A stretch of DNA of 31,635 nucleotides from a virus (taxonomy: Duplodnaviria > Caudoviricetes), in the IMG/VR virus record IMGVR_UViG_3300019879_000001, positions 1 through 31,635 of that record, one strand, 5' to 3'. Under the pieces are notes generated by a model that saw only the letters and a program-made list of their open reading frames with translations, was not told the origin of the DNA and made no database searches. This document shows, piece after piece, positions 11,720 to 20,410 of the stretch. The translations under genes were made by a program, and so were the position numbers. The first letter of the stretch is position 1. Each line of letters begins with the position of its first letter.

Positions 11720-12370
11720 ATGAATGAATCCCAGCTCCCAGATGGCAATATGCTTCTGATCGAGGAATGGGGTTTACCTTGTGCGGATATTTCAGATTCG
11801 ATTTTAGAATCTGTTGGACAGTCTAAAAAAGACGGTAAATTGCGAATTGAAGGTATTTTCCTTCAGGCTGAAAAAGTCAACCGCAACCGTAGACTGTATC
11901 CAAAGAAAATATTAGAAGAAGCTGTCTCTGATTATGTCAGAACCCAGGTTAAAACCAAACAGGCGCTAGGCGAAATGAACCATCCGGCCCGTCCGAATGT
12001 TGACCCTCGTTGCGCGTGTATTCTCATTGAGGATCTTTGGTGGAAGGGTAATGATGTCTGGGGTCGCGCAGTCGTCATAGAAGGCGATGGCGGTGATGGG
12101 GATAAACTGGCTGCGTTAATTCGCGCTGGTTGGGTTCCTGGTGTTTCTTCTCGCGGCCTGGGTAAACTTGCTGATTCCGGCAAAGGTTACAATATTGTGC
12201 AGGAAGGTTACAAATTGGCGGTAGGCGTAGATGTCGTGTGGGGTCCATCGGCTCCAGAAGCGTACGTAAAACCGATTGTCGAAAATCAACAGCTAAATAA
12301 CAGTGTTGATAAAAACAGTAGTGCTGATGACGCTTTCAGAAAACTATCTGAACGTTTGAAAGATCTATAA
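11720..12370 (+). CDS. 21: Prohead protease gp21
   Basis: IEGIFLQAE.VNRNRRLYP, ALGEMNHP, GVSSRGLG, DVVWGPSAP. Confidence 0.96.
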   Translation: MNESQLPDGNMLLIEEWGLPCADISDSILESVGQSKKDGKLRIEGIFLQAEKVNRNRRLYPKKILEEAVSDYVRTQVKTKQALGEMNHPARPNVDPRCACILIEDLWWKGNDVWGRAVVIEGDGGDGDKLAALIRAGWVPGVSSRGLGKLADSGKGYNIVQEGYKLAVGVDVVWGPSAPEAYVKPIVENQQLNNSVDKNSSADDAFRKLSERLKDL

Positions 12371-12373
12371 ATA
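12366..12373 (+). promoter_or_regulatory. Late promoter (TATAAATA) for genes 22/23
   Basis: Perfect T4 late consensus 25 nt upstream of gene 22. Confidence 0.8.
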
Positions 12374-12398
12374 CATTAAATCAAACAGGAACATCAAA

Positions 12399-13187
12399 AT
12401 GCTTAAAGAACAACTGTTAGCGGAAGCCCAGAACCTGGAAACCGCCGTAGAGTTAGACAGCATTTTCGAATCAGTAGACCTTTCCGATGATGTGAAAGCG
12501 AGTTTCAGTACTGTATTCGAACAAGCGGTTAAAACCGGCGCTGTGAAACTGGCTGAGTCTCATATCAAACAGATTTCAGAACGTGCTGACGAACTGGTAG
12601 AAGCTCAGGTCGAAAAACGCGCCTCTGAGATCGAAACCAAACTGTACGAAGATGCAAACACATATTTTGACCACATCGCTGGCGAGTGGCTGAAAGAAAA
12701 CAAAGAAGCGGTAACCCGTGATATTAAAGCGGACCTGTTCGAATCTCTGGTTTCTGGTATGAAAGACGTACTGGCTGATCATAACGTGGTCATCCCGGAA
12801 GGTCAAGTAGATATCGTCGAAGAACTGGAAGAAGAACTGGACGAGAACATTCAGGAAGTTAAACGTCTGTTCGAAGCCAACCAGCTTAAAGACGCGGAAA
12901 TTTCTAATATGAAGCGTGATCGCTGCATTGACGAAAAGACCAAAGATTTGACTGAAAGCCAGATCGAGAAAGTTCAGGATCTGATTGAAGGTCTGTCGTA
13001 CTCAGACAAGTTTGAATCAAAACTGTCTGCAATCGTTGAAATGGTAGCAACCAAAAAAGAGGCAACGCCGGTTAACGAAGCTGCGCAGCCTCAGACAAAA
13101 GATGATTTCGTTCCGCCAGTGGTAACCCCACAGAAACCGGAAAATGATTCATCTAAATATGTACATGCGGCACAACGCCTTTCTTAA
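12399..13187 (+). CDS. 22: Prohead scaffold protein gp22
   Basis: MLKEQLLAEA...FSTVFEQAVK...WLKENK; acidic coiled coil; synteny. Confidence 0.95.
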   Translation: MLKEQLLAEAQNLETAVELDSIFESVDLSDDVKASFSTVFEQAVKTGAVKLAESHIKQISERADELVEAQVEKRASEIETKLYEDANTYFDHIAGEWLKENKEAVTRDIKADLFESLVSGMKDVLADHNVVIPEGQVDIVEELEEELDENIQEVKRLFEANQLKDAEISNMKRDRCIDEKTKDLTESQIEKVQDLIEGLSYSDKFESKLSAIVEMVATKKEATPVNEAAQPQTKDDFVPPVVTPQKPENDSSKYVHAAQRLS

Positions 13188-13203
13188 TTAATAGGGTTAC
13201 AAA

Positions 13204-14775
13204 ATGTCTAAGAAAAACGAATTGATGACTAAATGGAATGCACTGGTTGAAGCCGAAGGCTTACCGGAGATTGCCACCAAGTCCAAAAAGCATCTGGTTG
13301 CTGCTATCCTGGAGCAACAGGAAAAAGATACCGAGAACGACCCAGTATACCGCGACGAGAAAATCGTTGAATCTTTCGGCGGCTTCCTGGCTGAAGCTGA
13401 AGTAGTTGGCGACCACGGTTACGATCCGCAGAAAATTGCTGCTGGTCAGGCTTCTGGCGCAATCACCAACATCGGTCCGGCAGTTATCGGCATGGTTCGC
13501 CGTGCGATTCCAAACCTGATCGCGTTCGACATTTGCGGCGTTCAGCCTATGAACGGTCCTACCGGTCAGTTCTTCGCACTGCGTGCAGTGTACGGTAAAG
13601 ATCCTCTGGCTGCTGGCGCGAAAGAAGCGTTCCATCCTTCACAGGCACCAGATGCAATGTACTCTGGTCAGGGCGCAGATCCAGCGACTAAGTTCGCTAC
13701 ACTGACTGCTGGTACAGCAATCGCCGATGGCGCAATCGTCAAGTACGATTTCGAACAGACCGGTCGTGTGTTCCTCCAGAACGTTTCTGGTACTGCTGTA
13801 ACTCCTGCTGCTGGCGCGACTGATAAAGCCAAGCTGGACGAAGAAGTAACCAAACTGATGGAAGCTGGTTCTGTTGCGGAAATCGCATACGGCATGGCAA
13901 CCTCTGTTGCGGAACTTCAGGAGCAGTTTAACGGCTCTACCGGTAACCCGTGGAACGAAATGGGCTTCCGTATCGATAAGAGCGTAATCGAAGCTCGTAG
14001 CCGTCAACTGAAAGCGCAGTACTCAGTCGAACTGGCACAGGATCTTCGCGCAGTTCACGGTATGGATGCGGATGCTGAACTGTCGGCAATCCTGGCAACT
14101 GAAATCATGCTGGAAATCAACCGCGAAATCGTTGATACCATCAACTACACCGCGCAGATCGGTAAGTCTGGTTTCACTCAGACCACTGGTTCTAAAGCCG
14201 GTTCGTTCGATTTCATGGATCCAGTAGATGTTCGCGGTGCTCGTTGGGCTGGCGAAAGCTACAAAGCTCTGCTGATTCAGATCGACAAAGAAGCGAACGA
14301 AATCGCTCGTCAGACTGGCCGTGGTGCAGGTAACTTCATCATCGCTTCACGTAACGTGATCTCTGCTCTGGCACGTATCGACAGCGGTATCAGCGCTGCT
14401 GGTATGGGTCTCCAGAAAGGTCTGAACGTTGACACCACTAAAGCGGTGTTTGCCGGTGTTCTGGGTGGTACTTACCGCCTGTACATCGACCAGTACGCGA
14501 AACAGGATTACTTCACCGTGGGTTACAAAGGTGATAACGAAATGGATGCGGGTATCTACTACGCACCGTACGTTGCACTGACCCCGCTGCGTGGTTCGGA
14601 TCCGAAGAACTTCCAGCCGGTAATGGGCTTCAAAACTCGTTACGGTATCGGTGTCAACCCGTTCGCGAACTCACGCGCTGAAGCGCCAACCGACCGTATC
14701 ACCTCTGGTATGGTTAGCCGTGACATGGTAGGTAAGAACGCTTACTTCCGTAAAGTCTGGGTGAAAGGTCTGTAA
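13204..14775 (+). CDS. 23: Major capsid protein gp23
   Basis: VRRAIPNLIAFDICGVQPM, YSVELAQDLRAVHGMDADAEL, FQPVMGFKTRYG. Confidence 0.99.
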   Translation: MSKKNELMTKWNALVEAEGLPEIATKSKKHLVAAILEQQEKDTENDPVYRDEKIVESFGGFLAEAEVVGDHGYDPQKIAAGQASGAITNIGPAVIGMVRRAIPNLIAFDICGVQPMNGPTGQFFALRAVYGKDPLAAGAKEAFHPSQAPDAMYSGQGADPATKFATLTAGTAIADGAIVKYDFEQTGRVFLQNVSGTAVTPAAGATDKAKLDEEVTKLMEAGSVAEIAYGMATSVAELQEQFNGSTGNPWNEMGFRIDKSVIEARSRQLKAQYSVELAQDLRAVHGMDADAELSAILATEIMLEINREIVDTINYTAQIGKSGFTQTTGSKAGSFDFMDPVDVRGARWAGESYKALLIQIDKEANEIARQTGRGAGNFIIASRNVISALARIDSGISAAGMGLQKGLNVDTTKAVFAGVLGGTYRLYIDQYAKQDYFTVGYKGDNEMDAGIYYAPYVALTPLRGSDPKNFQPVMGFKTRYGIGVNPFANSRAEAPTDRITSGMVSRDMVGKNAYFRKVWVKGL

Positions 14776-14791
14776 TAGACCCCAAAAATTC

Positions 14792-14819
14792 AAAAGGCAA
14801 CCTACGGGTTGCCTTTTTT
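14792..14819 (+). terminator. Intrinsic terminator after gene 23
   Basis: AAAAGGCAACC-TACG-GGTTGCCTTTTTT. Confidence 0.9.
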
Positions 14820-14823
14820 GTTT

Positions 14824-14831
14824 CATAAATA
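14824..14831 (+). promoter_or_regulatory. Late promoter (CATAAATA) for gene 24
   Basis: Near-consensus, directly after the terminator. Confidence 0.72.
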
Positions 14832-14870
14832 CCCGTATGGATTATAAATCCCATTTCAGGAAAATACAAA

Positions 14871-16172
14871 ATGAGCAAAACTTTTCACATTAACCGGCTT
14901 TTAAAGCAGTCGAGTTCCGCTTCTGGCCCGCGTGTGCTGGACGAATCGACTACTACGGCGGATTCCTCTAATGGGCGTCCAGACCTGTTAGCACTAACCC
15001 GCGCAACGACTGACCTGATCTTTACTGACCTGGTAGCAGTTCAGAAGACCACTCAACCGGAAGCAACGCTGTATGGCGTAAAATATATTGACCCATTGAA
15101 ACAAATGCCGTTTACCGCTGCTGCAACTTATGGTGGTGAGATCGGTCTGAAAGAACGCGAAGAGATCCCCGAGTTCTCCAACAAAGCGTTTGCTGTTGGT
15201 GATATGTTCCAGTTTGAAAGCGTCGTGTATAAGGTTATCAAAGAGAACCCGTTCACTGGCACCACTGAAACCGAACCGATGGATATTATCTCAGAAGCGA
15301 TTATCAACAACGGCATTCGCTTTATGTCTGACGCTGCACCGACCGCGCATTTCGAAGATCGCAACGTAACGGTCTCAGAGGTCGGTTTAAGGCTTGATCG
15401 CTGGCGTGTGCCCGTACGTACCCGTAAGCTTAAAACGTCGCTTACAGTGGAACTGGCGCAGGATTTGGAGGCTAATCAGTTCAACGCTCCCGAAACCTTC
15501 GATGATCTGCTGGCAACGATGATGGCTACCGAGGTAAACAAAGACATTATCCAGAAACTGATCACTGTGTCTACCCGTTTCCGTGTGAACGGAATCACCG
15601 ATAAAGGCGTTCTGGATCTGACACAGAGTGATGCTGCTCCAGAGCAGGGTCGTAGACTGTATCGTTACATCTGTGAAATGAACTCACACATCCAGCGCAC
15701 TACCACATACACCGGTAGCTATGTCTTAGCCAGTTCTCGCGTCTCCGCGCTTCTGACGGCTTCTGGTTGGGTCAAAGAGGATGAGGATAACGATCTGTCT
15801 TCTGGTAAGCTGAACAACGGTCTCCCGCTGTATACTGACCCAGTAAGCCCAGTCGATTACGTGATCGTAGGCGTGAAGGAAGATTATGGCGATCTGGAAC
15901 ATGTTGGTTCACTGTTCTATGCCCCGTACGTTGAAGAAGACGGCGCAGGCGCATACAAGATCGTTGTAGACCCGTATAGCTTACAGCCAGTGCTTGCGCT
16001 GATGATTCGCTACGGTCTCTCAGTGAACCCGTATACCAGCAACATCACGGATGAAGAGTCACGCGTAATTCGTGGCGACGACTTCGATAACCTGGCTGGT
16101 AAGAGTTTAATGTCAGTTTTACTCGGGGTTAAACTTCCCAAGCTGGTCGGTGAAGATGATGGTGAATTGTAA
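14871..16172 (+). CDS. 24: Capsid vertex protein gp24
   Basis: ESTTT...GRPDLLALTRATT, RKLKTSLTVELAQDLEAN; gp23 paralog; synteny. Confidence 0.95.
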   Translation: MSKTFHINRLLKQSSSASGPRVLDESTTTADSSNGRPDLLALTRATTDLIFTDLVAVQKTTQPEATLYGVKYIDPLKQMPFTAAATYGGEIGLKEREEIPEFSNKAFAVGDMFQFESVVYKVIKENPFTGTTETEPMDIISEAIINNGIRFMSDAAPTAHFEDRNVTVSEVGLRLDRWRVPVRTRKLKTSLTVELAQDLEANQFNAPETFDDLLATMMATEVNKDIIQKLITVSTRFRVNGITDKGVLDLTQSDAAPEQGRRLYRYICEMNSHIQRTTTYTGSYVLASSRVSALLTASGWVKEDEDNDLSSGKLNNGLPLYTDPVSPVDYVIVGVKEDYGDLEHVGSLFYAPYVEEDGAGAYKIVVDPYSLQPVLALMIRYGLSVNPYTSNITDEESRVIRGDDFDNLAGKSLMSVLLGVKLPKLVGEDDGEL

Positions 16173-16368
16173 TAGATCCATCTAAACAAATCAAGTCACG
16201 AGCGTAGCGAGTTCGAACGAAGTGAGAAATGTCCCTATTCTATTATTATATTTTATATATAGAGAGAAGTGGACATTTTAGTATACTTTTTAACCATACT
16301 CAGTCACTTCGTTCCCTCGTATTCTCGCTACGCTCGAAATATTTGATTTTATGTTTATTGATCTCTAT
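16173..16368. repeat. Long imperfect inverted repeat with AT-rich centre
   Basis: Nested complementary blocks: CGAGCGTAGCGAG 16199-16211 / 16324-16336; GAACGAAGTGA 16215-16225 / 16304-16314; AAATGTCC 16227-16234 / 16271-16278; outer AATCAA/TTGATT, TAAACA/TGTTTA, AGATC/GATCT. Confidence 0.9.
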
Positions 16369-16371
16369 AAT
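16343..16371 (+). promoter_or_regulatory. Sigma70-type promoter for the uvsY unit
   Basis: TTGATT-N17-TATAAT. Confidence 0.7.
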
Positions 16372-16394
16372 GGTTTCTTCAGAGGTGATACAAC

Positions 16395-16505
16395 ATGAAA
16401 ATCATTAAGATAGAAAGTGACTGGTCCTGCAAGCATTGCGGTGGTGTTCTTTGGAATGCTGGCGGTAAGTGCTCAAATCCGAAATGCGGGAGAGAGAACC
16501 ATTAA
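16395..16505 (+). CDS. Small Cys-rich protein, 36 aa, zinc-ribbon-like (not in ORF track)
   Basis: MKIIKIESDWSCKHCGGVLWNAGGKCSNPKCGRENH; strong SD AGAGGTG; TAATG overlap with uvsY start. Confidence 0.7.
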   Translation: MKIIKIESDWSCKHCGGVLWNAGGKCSNPKCGRENH

Positions 16506-16924
16506 TGGCTGAACTCAAGCTCGAATCGCTTCAGGATGAACTTGAAGTCGATATGCAGATCGATACCTTAAAACTTCAGTATGAATCATCACAAATCCCA
16601 GTGATCTGGGCAAAGTGGTTACGGTATCATTCGAATGCAAAGAAAAAACTTGTAACACTCCAGGCCCGCAAAGATACTCAGTTTAAAGAGCGTTTACTGT
16701 ATTACACAGGGCGCGGAGACGAGATCTGCGAGGTGGTATACTCTGGCAGTACCGAAGTTAAGATAGCGATTCAGGGCGACCCGATAATCATCGAGACCAA
16801 CAAACTGATCCAATACTTCGAGGCAATCGCAGAGTTTACCGGCAAGGCACTGGATATCGTCAAAAACAAAGGGTACAGCATTAAAAATATGCTGGAGATC
16901 CGAAAACTTGAAAGTGGTGCATAA
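16505..16924 (+). CDS. uvsY: Recombination mediator UvsY
   Basis: LESLQDELEVDMQID..KLQYES...KWLRYHS...YYTGRG...IKNMLEIRKLESG; start moved to ATG 16505. Confidence 0.93.
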   Translation: MAELKLESLQDELEVDMQIDTLKLQYESSQIPVIWAKWLRYHSNAKKKLVTLQARKDTQFKERLLYYTGRGDEICEVVYSGSTEVKIAIQGDPIIIETNKLIQYFEAIAEFTGKALDIVKNKGYSIKNMLEIRKLESGA

Positions 16925-17103
16925 TGAGCAAAGAAAAATGTTGCGTGTGTAAACGCGAAGTGGAGCAAGGCACTGGCTTTGTTACCGAGAATGGTCCGGT
17001 ATGCAGCGGCGTATGCCTTGATTACCTGGCTGAAGAAAAGAAACGCGGTAACCTGAATGAAGGCGACGGCGACCAACTCAATGAAGTGCAAATGCTTCTG
17101 TAG
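16924..17103 (+). CDS. uvsY.-2: UvsY.-2-like small Zn-binding protein, 59 aa (not in ORF track)
   Basis: MSKEKCCVCK...TENGPVCSGVC...QLNEVQMLL resembles T4 UvsY.-2 (C..CK...GPV...QLNE.QLLL); TAATG coupling. Confidence 0.8.
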   Translation: MSKEKCCVCKREVEQGTGFVTENGPVCSGVCLDYLAEEKKRGNLNEGDGDQLNEVQMLL

Positions 17104-17170
17104 GCGGCAACATGAAAGAAATTGACCTGGGTATCTTCGACGAGCGCCCTGATCTTTAGTCCTAAATACC

Positions 17171-17371
17171 AGTGAGAGGTATGATTGTGTAGTCTGAACA
17201 GATACCAGATGCACAATCTCATAAAGTGGATTTGCTAACGTAACGCGCTATATGCGCAGGAAATGGTGATCCGTATCTCCCCGACAACGTGTACGCGTAG
17301 GAAGGGTGTTAGAATAGTGTGAGGTGACCACACGTAAAGCAAACACCAGCCCGCTTATGGCGGGCTTTTTT
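17171..17371 (+). ncRNA. Candidate structured non-coding RNA (~200 nt)
   Basis: No credible ORF; preceded by TAAATA (17163-17168); several stems; ends in an intrinsic terminator. Confidence 0.5.
17348..17371 (+). terminator. Intrinsic terminator
   Basis: AGCCCGC-TTATG-GCGGGCT followed by a T run. Confidence 0.88.
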
Positions 17372-17381
17372 ATGCCCAAAG

Positions 17382-17411
17382 AAAAAGCCCCAACCAAAAA
17401 GGAAGGGGCTT
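17382..17411 (-). terminator. Intrinsic terminator for uvsW/uvsW.1
   Basis: Minus strand AAGCCCC...GGGGCTT followed by a T run, just after the uvsW.1 stop. Confidence 0.7.
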
Positions 17412-17414
17412 ATT

Positions 17415-17645
17415 TTAGAACTTATCTTCTTCGGTCTCAGTCGCTGCTTTGAGTTCTTCGCGACGGCCTTTGATTGCATCACGCATCGAGATATCATCAG
17501 AGTGATCCACGTCAACCTCTTTGACTCGCTTCGTGTAATAGCCTTCAAGCTCTTTCAAGCCCTCCAGCGTCCGGCAACTTGCGACCTTACTCATAAAGTC
17601 ATCAACCGCTGCTTCGTTTACAACCTGTTTAAAACTTTTCATCAT
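17415..17645 (-). CDS. uvsW.1: UvsW.1
   Basis: EAAVDDFMSKVASCRTLEGLKELEGYYTKRVKE...DDISMRDAIKGRREEL. Confidence 0.9.
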   Translation of the reverse strand: MMKSFKQVVNEAAVDDFMSKVASCRTLEGLKELEGYYTKRVKEVDVDHSDDISMRDAIKGRREELKAATETEEDKF

Positions 17646-17650
17646 AACCT

Positions 17651-19150
17651 CTAAATGTTTATGTGCTTAATCACGTATTCGAATTTCTCTTCGTTGTAAA
17701 TCCTGATGCGTTCCATGGCATGTTTCATACCGTAGTTTACACTACTGTATTTATTTTTCGCTGTCTTTGACTTAGACAGCCTGCCCAGATTATCAACGAT
17801 ATCCCATACTTTAGCCATGACTTTTGAAGAGTGCTTACGCAACACACGACCAATCGACTGTTTGACGATTACCGCAGATTTGCATGGATGACCGAAGATG
17901 ATGTGATGCAGGTTCTTGATGGAAATACCGGTACTCAGTACCCCTATCGAACCAACCACAATCAGCCCTTTCGTTGACTCCGCAATCTTTTTCATGCTGT
18001 CGCGATCTTCAACTCCAGTCTCTCCAGAAATGTACGCGACGTTATCATAAACCTTACTGAGTTTTTCGAACAGTGCTTTCCCGTGCTTAACGTGCTTAAA
18101 CATCAGGAAGACGTTTTCATTCTTATCCCGTGCCAGTTTCAGCGCCAGCTTACACAGCCAGTCATTACGCCTCTCATGGCCCGTGACGAACGCGATCTCT
18201 GTCTGGTAGTCCGCATCCTTCATCTTCTTGATTTCTTCGTCTGTGTAGCGCAGGAAGATGTTATTGATGTTCAGGTTGGTTACCTGTCCTTCCTTCATCA
18301 GCATTGACGTGCTGACCGGTTTGTAAATCTGACCGAATGCCCCGATATACTGCATCAGGTTGGCTTTACCTTCCTTCAGTGACCCGGACAGACCGAATTT
18401 GAAAACACATTCGTTCATATCTGCGATGATTCGGGCAATAGTTGGGCCTGTAGCCTGGTGACATTCATCGACTATCATACAAGCAAACTGCTGTAACCAC
18501 TCTTTCGGCATCTTAGAAGCAGATTGCCACGTTGACACGTAAAGGCGGGCGTTGCTGTTCTTTGCTGTTCCTGAACGGATACCATGCATCTGTGAACGTG
18601 GCAACAGGCGATAGTTTTCGATATCGTCGATCATCTGGGTAACCAGGCCGGTCGTTGGTACGATAAGCAAAACCTTTCCGTTGTAGTTCTCCAGACACCA
18701 CGTCGAAATCAGCCCCTGGATAAGAGATTTACCGGCAGACGTTGGAAGATTCAGGGTAGCACGGCGATTATGCAGCGCGTGGTATACCGTGTCTTTCTGA
18801 TACCAGTACGGGTCGATTTGCGTGTTTCCGTCATAAACCGGGTGTTCTTTCAGCCACTGGTCGAACTGTTCCCGCGTCAACTCTTCTTTCTCGTTGATCT
18901 TCGGATCCGTCCAGATTGAGTATCCTCGGGAGTCTGCAAACTGCTTGACAAGATATGCTAGACCGTAAGGAAGTTTTCCGTTATAGTCCATCAGGTAGAT
19001 GAACCCATTCCAGCCACCATATTTGTATTTTGTCTGATACTGGTAGCCTGGGGGCTGAAAACTGAAATAATCACGAAGCTCGTAAATGAGTTGTGCTTCA
19101 GCCTGTATCTGCACATGGCTGGTATCTAAAAACTTGACCTCAATATCCAC
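17651..19150 (-). CDS. uvsW: SF2 DNA helicase UvsW
   Basis: LPTSAGKS Walker A, VDECH, GLSGS, QSIGRVLR; GTG start with SD AGGA. Confidence 0.96.
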   Translation of the reverse strand: MDIEVKFLDTSHVQIQAEAQLIYELRDYFSFQPPGYQYQTKYKYGGWNGFIYLMDYNGKLPYGLAYLVKQFADSRGYSIWTDPKINEKEELTREQFDQWLKEHPVYDGNTQIDPYWYQKDTVYHALHNRRATLNLPTSAGKSLIQGLISTWCLENYNGKVLLIVPTTGLVTQMIDDIENYRLLPRSQMHGIRSGTAKNSNARLYVSTWQSASKMPKEWLQQFACMIVDECHQATGPTIARIIADMNECVFKFGLSGSLKEGKANLMQYIGAFGQIYKPVSTSMLMKEGQVTNLNINNIFLRYTDEEIKKMKDADYQTEIAFVTGHERRNDWLCKLALKLARDKNENVFLMFKHVKHGKALFEKLSKVYDNVAYISGETGVEDRDSMKKIAESTKGLIVVGSIGVLSTGISIKNLHHIIFGHPCKSAVIVKQSIGRVLRKHSSKVMAKVWDIVDNLGRLSKSKTAKNKYSSVNYGMKHAMERIRIYNEEKFEYVIKHINI

Positions 19151-19180
19151 TATAGAATTCCTATGTACAATTTATATAGG

Positions 19181-19197
19181 TATTTAGGGGATAAATA
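19181..19197. promoter_or_regulatory. Back-to-back divergent late promoters (uvsW / inh)
   Basis: TATTTA 19181-19186 (TAAATA on minus strand) and TAAATA 19192-19197. Confidence 0.65.
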
Positions 19198-19223
19198 ATT
19201 GCTTAATGACTGGAGATTTACGA

Positions 19224-19964
19224 ATGAGTATTGACTATACAAAGGTCGAAGGGTTTAAAGAACTCGACCAGAAAGAGGGTAAGATTGCCCTTGCTGAGTA
19301 CGCACAGGACAACTTCGATGTTAAGCTGGTGCGCAACAAAACTTTCGAAAACATGTTGGCAGATCTGGAAGTCGCGCTGAAGGAAAAATACAAAGACCTT
19401 CCGACCGATGAACAGCTTGCTGCTGAACCCGAAATCGACTTCACTCCCCCTGCTGGCCCTCCTGGTGTAGACCTCGAATCCCTGGCAGACAATACAAAAC
19501 CTTCCGAACTGGTATTAGAACCCATGCCCGAAGGTCATCCGGGTTGGGAGATGCAGGAGATGAAACCCCCGACAGGCGAAGTGTTCACCCTCAACGTGGT
19601 GAAGGCGTCTGAGCCAGAACCGGAAGAAAAGATCGACGAACTGCCGGTAGAAAGTGGCGTGCCTGTATTGGCTCCTGAAAGCGATTCTGCGCCTGTCTCT
19701 GCTGATATGGTATGGATGGAAGGCTTTGCACCGACAATCAGCCTGATGGGTCGCAACGAGCGCACAAACGGCTACTATACGTGTCCGTGGTGGATCTATG
19801 ACTGGATTGCAAAGAATCCTGATAGCTGGTTCACTAACCCCGACGCTTGCCCGCATCAAAGCGCGATCTCCGTAATCAAATCGCTCGCCTGGTTCGCTAA
19901 GCGAGATGGTGAAGTGCGGATCCGCGAGACCCGAAACAGCCGGTTCGTTACTCTGAAGATTTAG
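19224..19964 (+). CDS. inh: Inhibitor of prohead protease Inh
   Basis: KEGKIALAEYA..NFDVKLVRNKTFENML; C-terminal PWWIYDWI...IRETRNSRF; SD GGAG before ATG 19224. Confidence 0.88.
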   Translation: MSIDYTKVEGFKELDQKEGKIALAEYAQDNFDVKLVRNKTFENMLADLEVALKEKYKDLPTDEQLAAEPEIDFTPPAGPPGVDLESLADNTKPSELVLEPMPEGHPGWEMQEMKPPTGEVFTLNVVKASEPEPEEKIDELPVESGVPVLAPESDSAPVSADMVWMEGFAPTISLMGRNERTNGYYTCPWWIYDWIAKNPDSWFTNPDACPHQSAISVIKSLAWFAKRDGEVRIRETRNSRFVTLKI

Positions 19965-19986
19965 CACTTTTTGCTAAAGAAAACGG

Positions 19987-20016
19987 TTGACGACATACCC
20001 TGCTTCTTGATAGTAT
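19987..20016 (+). promoter_or_regulatory. Early sigma70-like promoter
   Basis: A-rich upstream element, TTGACG-N18-TAGTAT; same layout at 27765-27794. Confidence 0.7.
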
Positions 20017-20067
20017 TCTTATCGAAGGCGGGGGAATGGCTCTCGCGGATTAAGAAGGAAGTGAAAA

Positions 20068-20373
20068 ATGATGAACACCAACAAATACTACCCAGTCCTG
20101 TTTGTTTCTAACGGTCCTGGTGAAGTTAAGAAAATCATCAACACTAAAGCCCCTTACTCAAACGCAGCAGCCGCTATCGACCACGCTTATCATGCGGAAT
20201 ACCCAGCACGTTACGTTGAAGCCGGTTATGCCTTCTTCAACGGTACAAAATGGGTTGCAGAGACTCAGGAAGCATATGAAGAAGGTCAGATGGATGACCC
20301 GGATTTCGTAAGCCGCCAGGAACAATGCCACCGCGAAGCGAATCTTCGACTCGAACAAGAAAGTTACTTTTGA
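20068..20373 (+). CDS. Hypothetical early protein
   Basis: SD AAGGAAG; bracketed by a promoter and a terminator. Confidence 0.75.
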   Translation: MMNTNKYYPVLFVSNGPGEVKKIINTKAPYSNAAAAIDHAYHAEYPARYVEAGYAFFNGTKWVAETQEAYEEGQMDDPDFVSRQEQCHREANLRLEQESYF

Positions 20374-20377
20374 TAAC

Positions 20378-20397
20378 AGGGGCTTCGGCCCCTTTTT
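20378..20397 (+). terminator. Intrinsic terminator with CUUCGG loop
   Basis: AGGGGC-TTCG-GCCCCTTTTT. Confidence 0.85.
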
Positions 20398-20410
20398 GCT
20401 ATGGTGCAAA

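Noticed and set aside
11715-11720. TAAATA at the gene 68/21 junction
   Set aside because: Formed by the stop codon and start codon; a transcript from it would omit the gene 21 start
16469-16504. GTG-started extension of uvsY
   Set aside because: Overlaps the small Cys-rich ORF; the coupled ATG at 16505 fits better
17112-17159. 15-codon ORF MKEIDLGIFDERPDL
   Set aside because: Too short, with a weak SD; no support without conservation data
16771-17548. Minus-strand ORFs 16771-17214, 17022-17222 and 17309-17548
   Set aside because: Overlap real genes or run through terminators; no coding signals
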